DNA from: a virus | Taxonomy: Duplodnaviria; Caudoviricetes | Virus record (IMG/VR): IMGVR_UViG_3300020043_002208 | Span: 1 to 25,241 of that record | Direction: 5' to 3' (one strand) | Length of the DNA stretch: 25,241 bases | Shown: one piece after another, positions 6,857 to 15,678 of the stretch | How positions within the stretch are numbered: position 1 is the first letter of the stretch | Layout of the letters: each line of letters starts with the position of its first letter | Translations under genes and position numbers: made by a program | Notes under the pieces: model-generated | Database searches by the model: none | Told to the model about the DNA's origin: nothing | What the model saw: only the letters and a program-made list of their open reading frames with translations

Positions 6857-7224
6857 CACCAGCACAGCGAGGGCGCAGGAATCGGCAACGGGGACAGGAA
6901 GGGGAGCGCGAAGTCTCTAAGCTGTTATCTGATTCTCTCAATATGCCTGTTAAACGATTACTTGGGCAGGAACGGGACAAGGGTTCTGACATCCTGACCA
7001 AGCCTTACCGATGGGAGGTGAAACGCAGGAAACGCATTGGATTGATCTATGAATGGCTGGAGGAAGCGCAGGACGGCCTCCAAAACGCATCAGAACGGCC
7101 TCTGGTCGCTTTTCGGGCAGACGGCAAGGGTTGGCTAGTAGCCATGCCCCTTGAGGAGGCTATACGACTTATACGAGAGGAAATAGTTAATGAAGATAAT
7201 GGATGTGTTAATAAGCCTGATTGA
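6853..7224 (+). CDS. PD-(D/E)XK nuclease, Holliday junction resolvase (Hjc)-like
   Basis: R.RG..GERE...L, GSDI, WEVKRR, WLEEA, PLVAFR.DG..W pattern. Confidence 0.75.
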   Translation: MTPAQRGRRNRQRGQEGEREVSKLLSDSLNMPVKRLLGQERDKGSDILTKPYRWEVKRRKRIGLIYEWLEEAQDGLQNASERPLVAFRADGKGWLVAMPLEEAIRLIREEIVNEDNGCVNKPD

Positions 7225-7459
7225 TGGATATGAGCCTAGCCTGATGCTGCCGCATGAGGCAATCATGGCATGGAGGCCAGCTGATCCCCGGCGCTACGAT
7301 AGCCGGCGGGAGAAGTGCGTGGAGTATCTGCGAGCTAAAAATCTCTGGGTGCTGGACGGGAAGTTTACCCCTACCAAGTCCAGCCATACGGACATCACGG
7401 TGGTGTTCAACCGCGCTCGGCAGGAAATGGGCGAGAAAATGATACAGGTGGCAAAGTGA
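7190..7459 (+). CDS. Hypothetical protein; last gene of the + arm
   Basis: GAGG RBS; open 89 aa; stop abuts the stop of the convergent gene. Confidence 0.7.
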   Translation: MKIMDVLISLIDGYEPSLMLPHEAIMAWRPADPRRYDSRREKCVEYLRAKNLWVLDGKFTPTKSSHTDITVVFNRARQEMGEKMIQVAK

Positions 7460-7684
7460 CTACCGGCAACCCCAGCGCCGTCTAGCTGCCTTGCCGCGCT
7501 CACCCTTCCAACTTTTGCTTCTGGCACAGAATGACTTGTGCCGGGGGCCGGACTTGGTGGGAGCCTTAAGGTTACTGCCGGCGGCACGGGCTTTGCGCCT
7601 GCCTTTCTCGGTCAGGCCAGCGCCCCTGCTTGCCGGTAGCTTTTCACCCCGGCCTACAGACAGGTTGGGGAATTTCTTAGCCAC
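7460..7684 (-). CDS. Small basic protein (GGLT.KG...R.KSFCAR...W.C type)
   Basis: GTG start with GGAAGG upstream; very K/R-rich; motif typical of phage late regions. Confidence 0.75.
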   Translation of the reverse strand: MAKKFPNLSVGRGEKLPASRGAGLTEKGRRKARAAGSNLKAPTKSGPRHKSFCARSKSWKGERGKAARRRWGCR

Positions 7685-7826
7685 GGCGTACCTTCCTTTT
7701 CTTGGCAGTCTTGGCTGATCGACGGAACGCTGCGGCAGTGGGATAGCCTTTCTGCCCCGGCTTCTTGGCTGGCAAGCCCAGCTTCCTGCGCCGGTTGATG
7801 TTGTAGTACAAACCTTTCTTAGCCAT
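7677..7826 (-). CDS. Small basic protein (49 aa; not in the ORF track)
   Basis: MAKKGLYYNINRRRKLGLPAKKPGQKGYPTAAAFRRSAKTAKKRKVRRG; AAGGA RBS; overlaps both neighbours by 8 nt. Confidence 0.8.
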   Translation of the reverse strand: MAKKGLYYNINRRRKLGLPAKKPGQKGYPTAAAFRRSAKTAKKRKVRRG

Positions 7827-8256
7827 AGTTCCTTGTCCCTTGCTTGTCGATTATCAGCCTGCTGTGTCTAGGAGCCAATGTAGGGTCACTAGAAACGCTG
7901 ATGTGCGTCCAGGCATCAAACTCTAAGATGATCTGGTCAAACAGCACAGAGGCTGTAATACACGCATCCACGACCTGTTTGGGGGTCATACCGGGTACGC
8001 GAATGTCTGCCGCGCAGCCTATACGGTGCTGGCTGGAATCCTTAGAGCCTACAGAGTCATTGACCTGTTTGCTGCGAAACCCGCTGTTAATCATCACGGG
8101 CTTGCCGCCAACGGCTTCCTTGACCTTTTCTAGCAGGTAGGCAAGACGCTGAAGGTTGGCAATCTCCTCCTGATTTGGACTGTTGTCCCAGCCGTTCCGG
8201 GCAGCAACCTCGGAGCGTGTCAATTCTTCTAGGGTGAAATGCGGAGACAGGTTCAC
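7819..8256 (-). CDS. Endolysin, peptidase M15A family Zn peptidase
   Basis: LSPHFTLEEL..S, INSGFRS..VN..VG....SQH..G.AADI, DQIILEF..WTHIS; follows a holin. Confidence 0.9.
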   Translation of the reverse strand: MNLSPHFTLEELTRSEVAARNGWDNSPNQEEIANLQRLAYLLEKVKEAVGGKPVMINSGFRSKQVNDSVGSKDSSQHRIGCAADIRVPGMTPKQVVDACITASVLFDQIILEFDAWTHISVSSDPTLAPRHSRLIIDKQGTRNYG

Positions 8257-8651
8257 TTCTTCATCCCCATGATCTTTTCAAGCGTCCTGCCGCCAAAGTA
8301 GAAGGACATGATGAGCATCCCCCATTGGCCTAGCAACTCGACGTAATTGTTGTTTACCTCAATGTCCCAGGCAGACATCATGCCGAACACGGTGTAGGTG
8401 AGGAGGATGAAAATCAGGGTAGCGGGGCGGATGTTTTTGGAGAGCCATGAATCTGACCCCATGTCTGCTTTGAGTCTGTCGGTAAGTTCATGCGCTTCCG
8501 ATACATCCGCATTCAGTTTTGCCAACTCGCCGGTTTGCTGCATCTCTAGCAGCTTCAGCTTGGCCTGCTCAGCTTGGGCAGGATCAGGAAATACCTTGTC
8601 CAAAATCTTGCCGCCAATATCTAGTATTGCACCTAAGGGGAACATCATCAC
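8253..8651 (-). CDS. Holin (3TM / GTA-holin-like)
   Basis: ILDK.FPDP....AKL.L, SWLSKNIRP, two hydrophobic helices, FYFGGRTLEK; directly upstream of the endolysin; three adjacent possible starts. Confidence 0.75.
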   Translation of the reverse strand: MMMFPLGAILDIGGKILDKVFPDPAQAEQAKLKLLEMQQTGELAKLNADVSEAHELTDRLKADMGSDSWLSKNIRPATLIFILLTYTVFGMMSAWDIEVNNNYVELLGQWGMLIMSFYFGGRTLEKIMGMKK

Positions 8652-9181
8652 CTCATGTAGTAGATGGCTACAAATACAGCAATCATTCCTATCCCCAGGA
8701 CGACAAATACACCGACAATGGTCATCAGTTCTTCTTGCTCTTGCTTTTTCCTTGCAGCACGATCTTTGATTAGTCTAGCTTTGCGTATTGCTTCTCTGTG
8801 TTCTTCGTCTTGTTCACCAGCAATCCTGTTGCGTTCGGCACAAAGTTCGGCATACATTTCTGCCTCGCCCTGCATCATAAACAGGTCTTTTAGTTCCCGT
8901 TCAAACTCACGCATCTGCTTGCGCTGCATGACCAAGGTGAACGCCTGGGACAGCGCAGACTCATGTTGCTTGGCTTCTTTTGGGTCAGCAGGCTTGGGTA
9001 GCGCCTTGGCTAACTCTGCTTCTTTAGCCGCCTTCTCAATCTGACCTTGAGCAGAAAAGAACTTGTTAAGTTCCTGATAGCAGTCCTTGATCTGCTTGCC
9101 TACGCCGATTGCTTCCTTGACAAAAGCAACCGAGGTCTTGGCTACCGCAAACGCCGCCCCGATAGTTACGGGGTCAATCAT
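8648..9181 (-). CDS. Coiled-coil protein with C-terminal membrane anchor (lysis region)
   Basis: MIDPVTI start, long charged helices, C-terminal IVGVFVVLGIGMIAVFVAIYY. Confidence 0.75.
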   Translation of the reverse strand: MIDPVTIGAAFAVAKTSVAFVKEAIGVGKQIKDCYQELNKFFSAQGQIEKAAKEAELAKALPKPADPKEAKQHESALSQAFTLVMQRKQMREFERELKDLFMMQGEAEMYAELCAERNRIAGEQDEEHREAIRKARLIKDRAARKKQEQEELMTIVGVFVVLGIGMIAVFVAIYYMR

Positions 9182-9189
9182 GGTTACAC

Positions 9190-9393
9190 CTACTTAAAGA
9201 GTCTTTCGACTAAATGCGTTGCCCCAGCGCCTACCCCGCCAGCAGCAAGCATCAGGCCGATAGCTACCCCCTTAGCCCCGGTCATCTGCTCTTTCATTTG
9301 CTTCACATCTTGACGCAATGACTCAACTTCGCCCGTCAAAGTTTCGACCGCGTTAAGCAGCCTTCCAAACTCTACCGGGTCGATTTCAGTCAT
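9190..9393 (-). CDS. Short coiled-coil plus C-terminal TM protein (holin/antiholin-like)
   Basis: IDPVEFGRL...VE.L...V..L heptads then GAKGVAIGLMLAAGGVGAG. Confidence 0.65.
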   Translation of the reverse strand: MTEIDPVEFGRLLNAVETLTGEVESLRQDVKQMKEQMTGAKGVAIGLMLAAGGVGAGATHLVERLFK

Positions 9394-9737
9394 TACAGCC
9401 CCTCACCTGGGGTCACATAGACTTCAGCGTTGTTGTCCTCGCCAATCATGGACACATACACAGGCGTTGAACTGGTGCATTGCGGCCCTGTAAATACTAG
9501 CCTGGTTGATGGAGGAACAAGCATCGAGTATTCTCCCGTAGCGGTTGGAAGAACAGCCGCGACATTGGTTGTGCTAATCCTGACATAGCAACCCTTGCCA
9601 GCAGCCTGATGGTTCGACATATAGTATTGATTGCTTGGGCTATCTGCGGAGACAGAAATAGTCACTGCCGTATTTGCCGTTGGCGCTTCTATTTTGTACG
9701 TCTTGCCCATAGGCTGAAAGGCAATATTGTTAGCCAT
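9393..9737 (-). CDS. Beta-rich hypothetical, probable virion protein; paralogue of 18315..18644
   Basis: Shares N.AF...G.T, NQY...N and C-terminal YVTPG[ED]GL. Confidence 0.75.
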   Translation of the reverse strand: MANNIAFQPMGKTYKIEAPTANTAVTISVSADSPSNQYYMSNHQAAGKGCYVRISTTNVAAVLPTATGEYSMLVPPSTRLVFTGPQCTSSTPVYVSMIGEDNNAEVYVTPGEGL

Positions 9738-9739
9738 GA

Positions 9740-9988
9740 TTAGTACACCTTCCGACCGGGCTTGGTGGTGTTGCTGATCTTGGTGGAGTAGTTGTTCTCA
9801 TCAAAGCAGAACACGCTACGGAAGCCACCATAGGGCATCGTGCCGGGAGTCCAATGCGGTTGACCGCCTTGGCTGTTGTCTCGCGGAGTCTGGGGGCGCA
9901 TAGCCTTGGCCCACTTCTGACTGTAGTTCAGATTCTCAGCACCAGGCACAGTGCTTTTCTGCTCAAGTTCCTTCGGGTCGCGCATCAT
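9740..9988 (-). CDS. Hypothetical protein
   Basis: AAGGAG RBS; in operon. Confidence 0.7.
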   Translation of the reverse strand: MMRDPKELEQKSTVPGAENLNYSQKWAKAMRPQTPRDNSQGGQPHWTPGTMPYGGFRSVFCFDENNYSTKISNTTKPGRKVY

Positions 9989-10178
9989 ATTTCTCCTTAG
10001 TCTTTACCATAAGGTAGGAGAACAAGGCAAAAAATGCGCTCATTCCCAACCGTTCGTATGTCGGCTCCCACATTGTCCAGCAAGCCAGCCCAAACGACAT
10101 GGACAAAGCTATGATGGTCAATACTCTATCAGCCAACACTTCCAACGCCAAACGCAACAACGCAATACTATCCATCAT
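9963..10178 (-). CDS. Small two-TM membrane protein
   Basis: AAGGGG RBS; hydrophobic stretches VLTIIALSMSFGLACWTM and LGMSAFFALFSYLMV. Confidence 0.7.
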   Translation of the reverse strand: MMDSIALLRLALEVLADRVLTIIALSMSFGLACWTMWEPTYERLGMSAFFALFSYLMVKTKEKYDARPEGT

Positions 10179-10205
10179 TATCCCCTTAATAAGTAAAACG
10201 ATATA

Positions 10206-10412
10206 TTAGCTGCTTTCTTCCTCATCTGCCATAAATCCACTACCCCATTCATCATCACTTATCTTCTGCTTCACCTTCTCTAGATTCAGCGCCCGGTCGA
10301 TCACCTTGGTCTTGTCGGTCAGGGTGGCAGTCGGGTCAGCCATGACCTGCTTGAGCAAGTCGCTGATGGCTTTCTCTAGGTCTGGGTTTATCCCCTTGGA
10401 CTTCTTGCTCAC
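10206..10412 (-). CDS. Hypothetical protein (68 aa)
   Basis: GTGA overlap with the upstream ORF; helical with acidic tail. Confidence 0.7.
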   Translation of the reverse strand: MSKKSKGINPDLEKAISDLLKQVMADPTATLTDKTKVIDRALNLEKVKQKISDDEWGSGFMADEEESS

Positions 10413-10573
10413 CGGGTAGCCCGTTTAGCTTGGCGGGTCTTTCGTGCATCCTCGCGGCGCAGGCGTTCCAGGTTGCGCTGGGCTTGCTTGCTGCCCTCGG
10501 CCTCACGAATACCGCCTTCACGCTCTGACTTGGATGCCCGTTCTTCCGGGCTGCGCTCTCTTGAACCGAACAT
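10409..10573 (-). CDS. Small charged protein (54 aa; not in the ORF track)
   Basis: MFGSRERSPEERASKSEREGGIREAEGSKQAQRNLERLRREDARKTRQAKRATR; AAGGAG RBS; TAATG and GTGA coupling. Confidence 0.75.
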   Translation of the reverse strand: MFGSRERSPEERASKSEREGGIREAEGSKQAQRNLERLRREDARKTRQAKRATR

Positions 10574-10713
10574 TACTTTCTCCTTTGACGTTTAGTTTTA
10601 CGGGCTGAACTAAGGCTGGCGGCAACCGCCTGCTTTTGCTTGTAGCCTTCCCGCATCATCTTGCGGATGTTCTTGCTGATCGTTTTCTGACTGCTGCCTT
10701 TAGCAAGCGGCAT
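10573..10713 (-). CDS. Small basic protein, MPLxKG.S.KTIS.NI type (46 aa; not in the ORF track)
   Basis: MPLAKGSSQKTISKNIRKMMREGYKQKQAVAASLSSARKTKRQRRK; AGGAG RBS; TAATG coupling on both sides. Confidence 0.8.
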   Translation of the reverse strand: MPLAKGSSQKTISKNIRKMMREGYKQKQAVAASLSSARKTKRQRRK

Positions 10714-13064
10714 TACAACACTCCTATCAAAGAACCGCCAACAGTACCAAGACCTAACTTGACCAAAACCTTAAGCAATTCTTTCCTTGCATCTGCTGAT
10801 TCACCATACGCTTTTTCTACTTGCTTCACATCGTCATACAGCTTTTCATATTGTTGCGGCGTAATGAAGTTGTCTTTAGCAAGGTCATCATAAAACTTCC
10901 CAATTTCTTTGACCGTTTCTTTGATTGGCCTGGTTGGGTTGTTCAGTTTTCTGATTAGCAAATCATTGCGTCTAGCAATTTCCTCAGCAGCTTCTCTCTG
11001 CTTCGTTGTTCCTGACAGCATTGATTGCAGTTTTTTCTGCGCTTGCGCTGGCGTTTGTTCTGGAGTTCTTGCAAACCGAGCAGCAACATCTTCGGCAGAC
11101 GGCACTCTTGAAACAGCTTTGGTCACTAACCGTTCTGCCCTGCCAACCTCTTGCTTAAGAGCCGCCTCAATTTCTTTGGCGCTGGTCGCCTTGTTAGAGG
11201 CATCTGTGACGAGTCCCTTGGCATCTGCAACAGCGCGTTCCGCAGTTTCCCGTGCAGACCTCAAGTCTTTGAATTCGTCATACAAACCAGCCTGCTTTAG
11301 CTTTGCCTCATTGGTTGTTAAGAAAGTCCTGAACTCTGACAACGATGGCGCAACGTCTTTACCAAACAGTTGTTTTGTGAAATACATCCTTGCAGAATCT
11401 TTCAATTCTGGAAACTCTTTCAGCAATGTGGAAAACACCCTATTGCCTTTGTTGGCCTCACCAAGAATTGCACCAACAATCTCACTGTCAGTAGCTTTTG
11501 ATTCTGTGCTGATAGGATCAAGTGCGGTCAGTTTCCGAACCTTGGCATTTCTCTCAATTACATCCAACGGCCTGGACAGCTTTGCATAGCTAGTCAGGGC
11601 CTCTTTGTATGGTTTGTAGACATCACCAGTTGTGTTGATGACTTCTCTCTTAATGTCTTTAACCAGCTTTAGGATGTTCTTGTCCAGCGCAACGCCACCC
11701 AATCCCTCAAGCGTAATGCTCTTGGCATTGATGATTGAGTCTAGGTATTGCTTAACATCATGCGCCTGTTTGACCGTCAAATTGTTTGGAACGCCCTCAG
11801 TAAATCCATTTACCTCAAGACTTCCCTTGATGTTTTCTAGTGCGCGTCTGGTTGTTGGGTTTGCTGTTTGATCTATCAAACCCTGCACATAACGGTGCAT
11901 TTGTTCTGATGGAACAATGTTTTGCGTTCCAGAATTACGAATCATGGCATTGAAGCCAGATTGTTCTTGACGTATGTTGTTGTATTTCTTTACATAATCA
12001 TCAATGGATTTTCTAAGCGCAGAGCCGAACGTTTCTTTATCTGCCCTTGGCAACGACAGCAGACGTTGATTCAATTCTTGAACAGACTGTTCAGCCGCTG
12101 CCTTTTGAGATTCTCTAATGGCTATTTCTGATTCAGCTTGCTGACGAGTCAATCCTGCCTGCTGGAAATCACGTTCTAGCGCCCTTCTACGATCACGCAG
12201 GTCAGCAACCACTTGTTCTCTTGTCGCAACTTCTGGAACCTTGCTGACATCAATCTGCTCTCTTGCCGCAGCACGTTCAGCGGCTTTTACTGGCTGCTCC
12301 CTCAAGCGTTGAGAAAGTTCAGATTCTCTGCCGGCAGCAATCCGTGCGGCCTCTTGTTGTCTTGCCATTTCTTCGGTGGCACGGGCAGTTGCGCTTGTTC
12401 TAAGCTGCTCTGCTGCGCCCACTGGTTCTTTTGCAGCACGGACTAATTCACCGCCTTTTCTAGCGGCAGACACTGCGGTTGGCGTGGCTCCTAGCACCGT
12501 ACCAAGCGCAACAGGCAAAGCCTTTCCTTTTGCTCTACCCAAGTATTCTTCTTCGCCGGTTGGCGTAACTGCACCGTATCCAGCGCCTACAGCGCCAGCC
12601 CGACCAATGGCTTGCAAGGGTGTTGCTGCCGAGGCAATAAATTTTCCACCCAAACCAAACGGCACAGCCATAGAAGCCAGCAATGAAGCCGTCTTAGTTC
12701 CCGGGCTTCTACGCTCTGCCTCTGAAATAACATTTTCAAGCTGCCTTGATGCAGCAGCAGACTTCCTACCAAATTCACCGGGAACCAACTCTCCAGCACC
12801 AGTTACCATGCCGCCAACTTGAGCACCAGTAGCCTTGGCAAGATCAAGATATTGCTGACTAAGCGGCGGGTAAGTTTGTTCTGTTTGTGGCGGGACAAAT
12901 CCAGGTTCTTGCATTTGGCGCATTGCGCCGCTAATCGACGCAGAACGGCGGGACGGAGAAGCAGGCTGGGCAGCAGCAGGGGAAGGCAAATCAGAAATAT
13001 CAACCGAAGCACTTTTTGGCGGCGCAGGCAAATCTGAAATGTCAAACGCTAAATCAGCCATCAT
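10713..13064 (-). CDS. Probable internal virion / DNA-ejection protein (783 aa)
   Basis: Duplicated DISDLP at the N-terminus, G/A-rich hydrophobic segments, long helical A/E/R/K-rich body; last and largest gene of a post-tail cluster. Confidence 0.65.
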   Translation of the reverse strand: MMADLAFDISDLPAPPKSASVDISDLPSPAAAQPASPSRRSASISGAMRQMQEPGFVPPQTEQTYPPLSQQYLDLAKATGAQVGGMVTGAGELVPGEFGRKSAAASRQLENVISEAERRSPGTKTASLLASMAVPFGLGGKFIASAATPLQAIGRAGAVGAGYGAVTPTGEEEYLGRAKGKALPVALGTVLGATPTAVSAARKGGELVRAAKEPVGAAEQLRTSATARATEEMARQQEAARIAAGRESELSQRLREQPVKAAERAAAREQIDVSKVPEVATREQVVADLRDRRRALERDFQQAGLTRQQAESEIAIRESQKAAAEQSVQELNQRLLSLPRADKETFGSALRKSIDDYVKKYNNIRQEQSGFNAMIRNSGTQNIVPSEQMHRYVQGLIDQTANPTTRRALENIKGSLEVNGFTEGVPNNLTVKQAHDVKQYLDSIINAKSITLEGLGGVALDKNILKLVKDIKREVINTTGDVYKPYKEALTSYAKLSRPLDVIERNAKVRKLTALDPISTESKATDSEIVGAILGEANKGNRVFSTLLKEFPELKDSARMYFTKQLFGKDVAPSLSEFRTFLTTNEAKLKQAGLYDEFKDLRSARETAERAVADAKGLVTDASNKATSAKEIEAALKQEVGRAERLVTKAVSRVPSAEDVAARFARTPEQTPAQAQKKLQSMLSGTTKQREAAEEIARRNDLLIRKLNNPTRPIKETVKEIGKFYDDLAKDNFITPQQYEKLYDDVKQVEKAYGESADARKELLKVLVKLGLGTVGGSLIGVL

Positions 13065-14650
13065 TCATATCCTTGCGTTGTAAGATATTCTTTTGCTTGG
13101 CCTTCATCACCATTAAAATACGTTCTCGCATATTCTGTTAATTTTGTTCCGCTTGGCATTGCTTTTCTGGATGAGGCGGCAGGATATGATTTATCAGTTT
13201 GTTGAGTTGCATCAACATCTAACGGTGACAACCCTTGATATTGAACTCCTTGTGCTACAGATGGCTTTTGCACAAGTTTTTTCATTTTGTCGTTCAATGT
13301 TCCTCTGTTACCACGGGCAACATTAAGAACATCATCAACAGAAAATGGAATGATTCTGTTAATTTTTTGTAATTCTTGCGCTGCTTCTTCTTTTTGATTT
13401 TGTGTTGCTCCAGGCATTTCTTTATGAACACGAATGCCAGTTTCAATTTCTTGTTTTACCCTAGCAATGTACATCGCCATGTTAAGCGCAGGATCGCCTG
13501 CTTTGGGTTTCAAGGCATTGAAACTCCTGATTGCTCCTTGTGTAGCGCCTGACGCAACACCTTGCGCTTCTAGCCTTGCCAAAGCAGCATCCAAACTGTT
13601 TGTTACTTGATCGAATGCTCTAGCGTCTGCGTTAGTTACTTCTCTACCAACAAACGCTCTGATGCTTCCTAGTGCAGTAGAAGGTTCAGTGTTAATCATT
13701 CCAGCAAGCAATGGAGATTCTGCCGTTTTTGGAAGAAGCGTTAGGTTTTTCAGGTCGGCAGATGCGTTAAGGATGTTGCCGTACACTCGGCTTGCAAACG
13801 TCAAAGCATTTTGACCAACGCGACCTGGCGCTGCTGCTTTAGCTTGGGCAGCCGCTAGTGTTGCATTAGCCTGTATTTGTGCCAAATCTTTTTGAATTCT
13901 TACCTGCGCTAAAGTACCTGCTGCGCCTCTAACTTTGTCGTTAAATGCGTTCCAAACCTTGTCTATGTTTTGCAGGTTTTCTTCTACAGCTTTAAGATCA
14001 CCAGCGTATATGCGTTTTTGCGTTACAGTTCCTGCGCCAGCAATAAACGCAGCAGTCTCAAATTTTTCTTTGGCAGCGGCATAGTTAGTGGACGCTAACT
14101 TCATGCCTTCTTGGAAGTTTTTGTAGATAGCATCACGTTCTGCTTTAACCCTGTTAAATGCTTTTTCAAAGTTGACAGCTTCTTGTTTCCATAGGTCTTG
14201 ACGGCCTTTCCTCCAGCCGTTCAACATCCCGGTCATAGCATCCAAACCAGCTTTGGCATTGCCTTTAGCGCCAAGTCCGGTCATCAAACCCATTGTCATC
14301 AACAAACTGCCAAGCTGGGCATAGGTAGACAAATCTTCTTGAGTTGGCCTATGCGTAGGCATTTCATTGGCAGAAAACTTGGTTTCGTATTCTTTTTGTC
14401 TACCTTGAATGTCTTTTAAATAGTTTTCAGTCTCGCGCTGTCCAGCCTCTTTAACTGCAATTTTTTGTGCAGATTCTGCTTCGGCAAGTCCAGACTCTGC
14501 TTTGCGGCGTTCTTCACGAACAGCCATCAACGCATCTTGTTGCTCTCCAATGCGCTGTTTTTCTGATGCAAATGATTTTTCTGCCGTTTCAAATTCCGTC
14601 GGCGTAGCTAATACTTCGCCAGATATTTTGGGGGTTCTTGGGAGAGCCAT
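13061..14650 (-). CDS. Probable internal virion / DNA-ejection protein (529 aa)
   Basis: Helical A/Q/K-rich protein with one hydrophobic patch (LGSLLMTMGLMTGLG); gene position. Confidence 0.6.
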   Translation of the reverse strand: MALPRTPKISGEVLATPTEFETAEKSFASEKQRIGEQQDALMAVREERRKAESGLAEAESAQKIAVKEAGQRETENYLKDIQGRQKEYETKFSANEMPTHRPTQEDLSTYAQLGSLLMTMGLMTGLGAKGNAKAGLDAMTGMLNGWRKGRQDLWKQEAVNFEKAFNRVKAERDAIYKNFQEGMKLASTNYAAAKEKFETAAFIAGAGTVTQKRIYAGDLKAVEENLQNIDKVWNAFNDKVRGAAGTLAQVRIQKDLAQIQANATLAAAQAKAAAPGRVGQNALTFASRVYGNILNASADLKNLTLLPKTAESPLLAGMINTEPSTALGSIRAFVGREVTNADARAFDQVTNSLDAALARLEAQGVASGATQGAIRSFNALKPKAGDPALNMAMYIARVKQEIETGIRVHKEMPGATQNQKEEAAQELQKINRIIPFSVDDVLNVARGNRGTLNDKMKKLVQKPSVAQGVQYQGLSPLDVDATQQTDKSYPAASSRKAMPSGTKLTEYARTYFNGDEGQAKEYLTTQGYE

Positions 14651-14652
14651 GG

Positions 14653-15678
14653 TTATGCCTGCCCGACAGTCGGTGTATTAGGTTGCGATCCATAAAATCC
14701 CGTTAACGCGCTACCAAGAGAAGTCATAGATTTTGAAATAGAAGCGTCTTGTGTCAAGCCAGTACGGATAGCATTGGCAACGTAAGAATCACCGATCTGC
14801 GCCACCTTTAGGCCGTAGTTGTATTGCTGGTCAAGTAGGTTCTGACGCAGCGCAGCAATCTGAGTAGCCGCCTGCTGTGCGCCAACACCGCCTCGACGTT
14901 CAGCGCCTTGCGCTAGTTGCGCCTGTGCCGCTTGTACTTGCTGCTGTCCTGCCGGGGTCAATTCGCCACGCAGTGCCTGCTCTTGCAAACGCTTGCCAGT
15001 TTCTTGGTACGGTTTACCCAGCGCCTCTATGTCTTGTTTGGCCTGCTGCGCTTGTTGCGTCGCCTTTCTGCTTTGCAGTCCAGTTAACAAACCGCCACCA
15101 ACACCGAGCGCAGCGCGTAATGCCAAGTTGCGCTTTTCCTGTGGACTCATGCCCTCAAAAAACCCTTTTTCTTCTGGGGGCGGGGGAGTGGTTTCTGCCG
15201 CAGGAACCATGCCTGTGGGCAACGGGGGTGGAGTTAGTCCAGCATCTTGGACTGCCGGCATCGCAAAAGAAGGAGCAGCGGCAAATTGAGGCGCAGCTAT
15301 GTTCTCCATTGGTTGATAGGTAGGAATCATCCCGCCCTCACTAGGAGCAAACCTAGTTGCCTCTCCTGGCATCTGAACATCACCCTGTGGATAAAGGTCT
15401 GGATAAGCCTGCGCTACATCTTGTTGAGACATTTCCTGACCGCTAGAGTCATATACGCCAAAATCCCCTTCTTCATAGTACTCAGGCAGGCCGGTATGCG
15501 GGTTGATCGTGCCGCTGCCGCCCTCATCCTCAAGCCGCTGGGCCTCTTCTGGGGTGATGTGTGCCAGCATCTTGTCACCCTTGCGCCCGTAGCTTTGCAG
15601 CAGCTTGGCAAGCATGGGCAAGGCCGTGACATCAGCCGCCATCTCGGTTCTCAGCAGTTTTGCGATTTCTTTAGCCAT
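14653..15678 (-). CDS. Probable internal virion / DNA-ejection protein (341 aa)
   Basis: GR.GD.MLAHITPEEA..L...GGSGTINP.TGLPEY motif, Pro-rich linker, Gly-rich hydrophobic patch and Q-rich coiled coil. Confidence 0.65.
   Translation of the reverse strand: MAKEIAKLLRTEMAADVTALPMLAKLLQSYGRKGDKMLAHITPEEAQRLEDEGGSGTINPHTGLPEYYEEGDFGVYDSSGQEMSQQDVAQAYPDLYPQGDVQMPGEATRFAPSEGGMIPTYQPMENIAAPQFAAAPSFAMPAVQDAGLTPPPLPTGMVPAAETTPPPPEEKGFFEGMSPQEKRNLALRAALGVGGGLLTGLQSRKATQQAQQAKQDIEALGKPYQETGKRLQEQALRGELTPAGQQQVQAAQAQLAQGAERRGGVGAQQAATQIAALRQNLLDQQYNYGLKVAQIGDSYVANAIRTGLTQDASISKSMTSLGSALTGFYGSQPNTPTVGQA

Noticed and set aside
10336-10521. 61-aa - strand ORF from the track
   Set aside because: The alternative frame 10409..10573 has an AAGGAG RBS and exact coupling to both neighbours.
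10909-12822. Several + strand ORFs up to 226 aa
   Set aside because: S/A/L-rich antisense frames of the 783-aa ejection protein.
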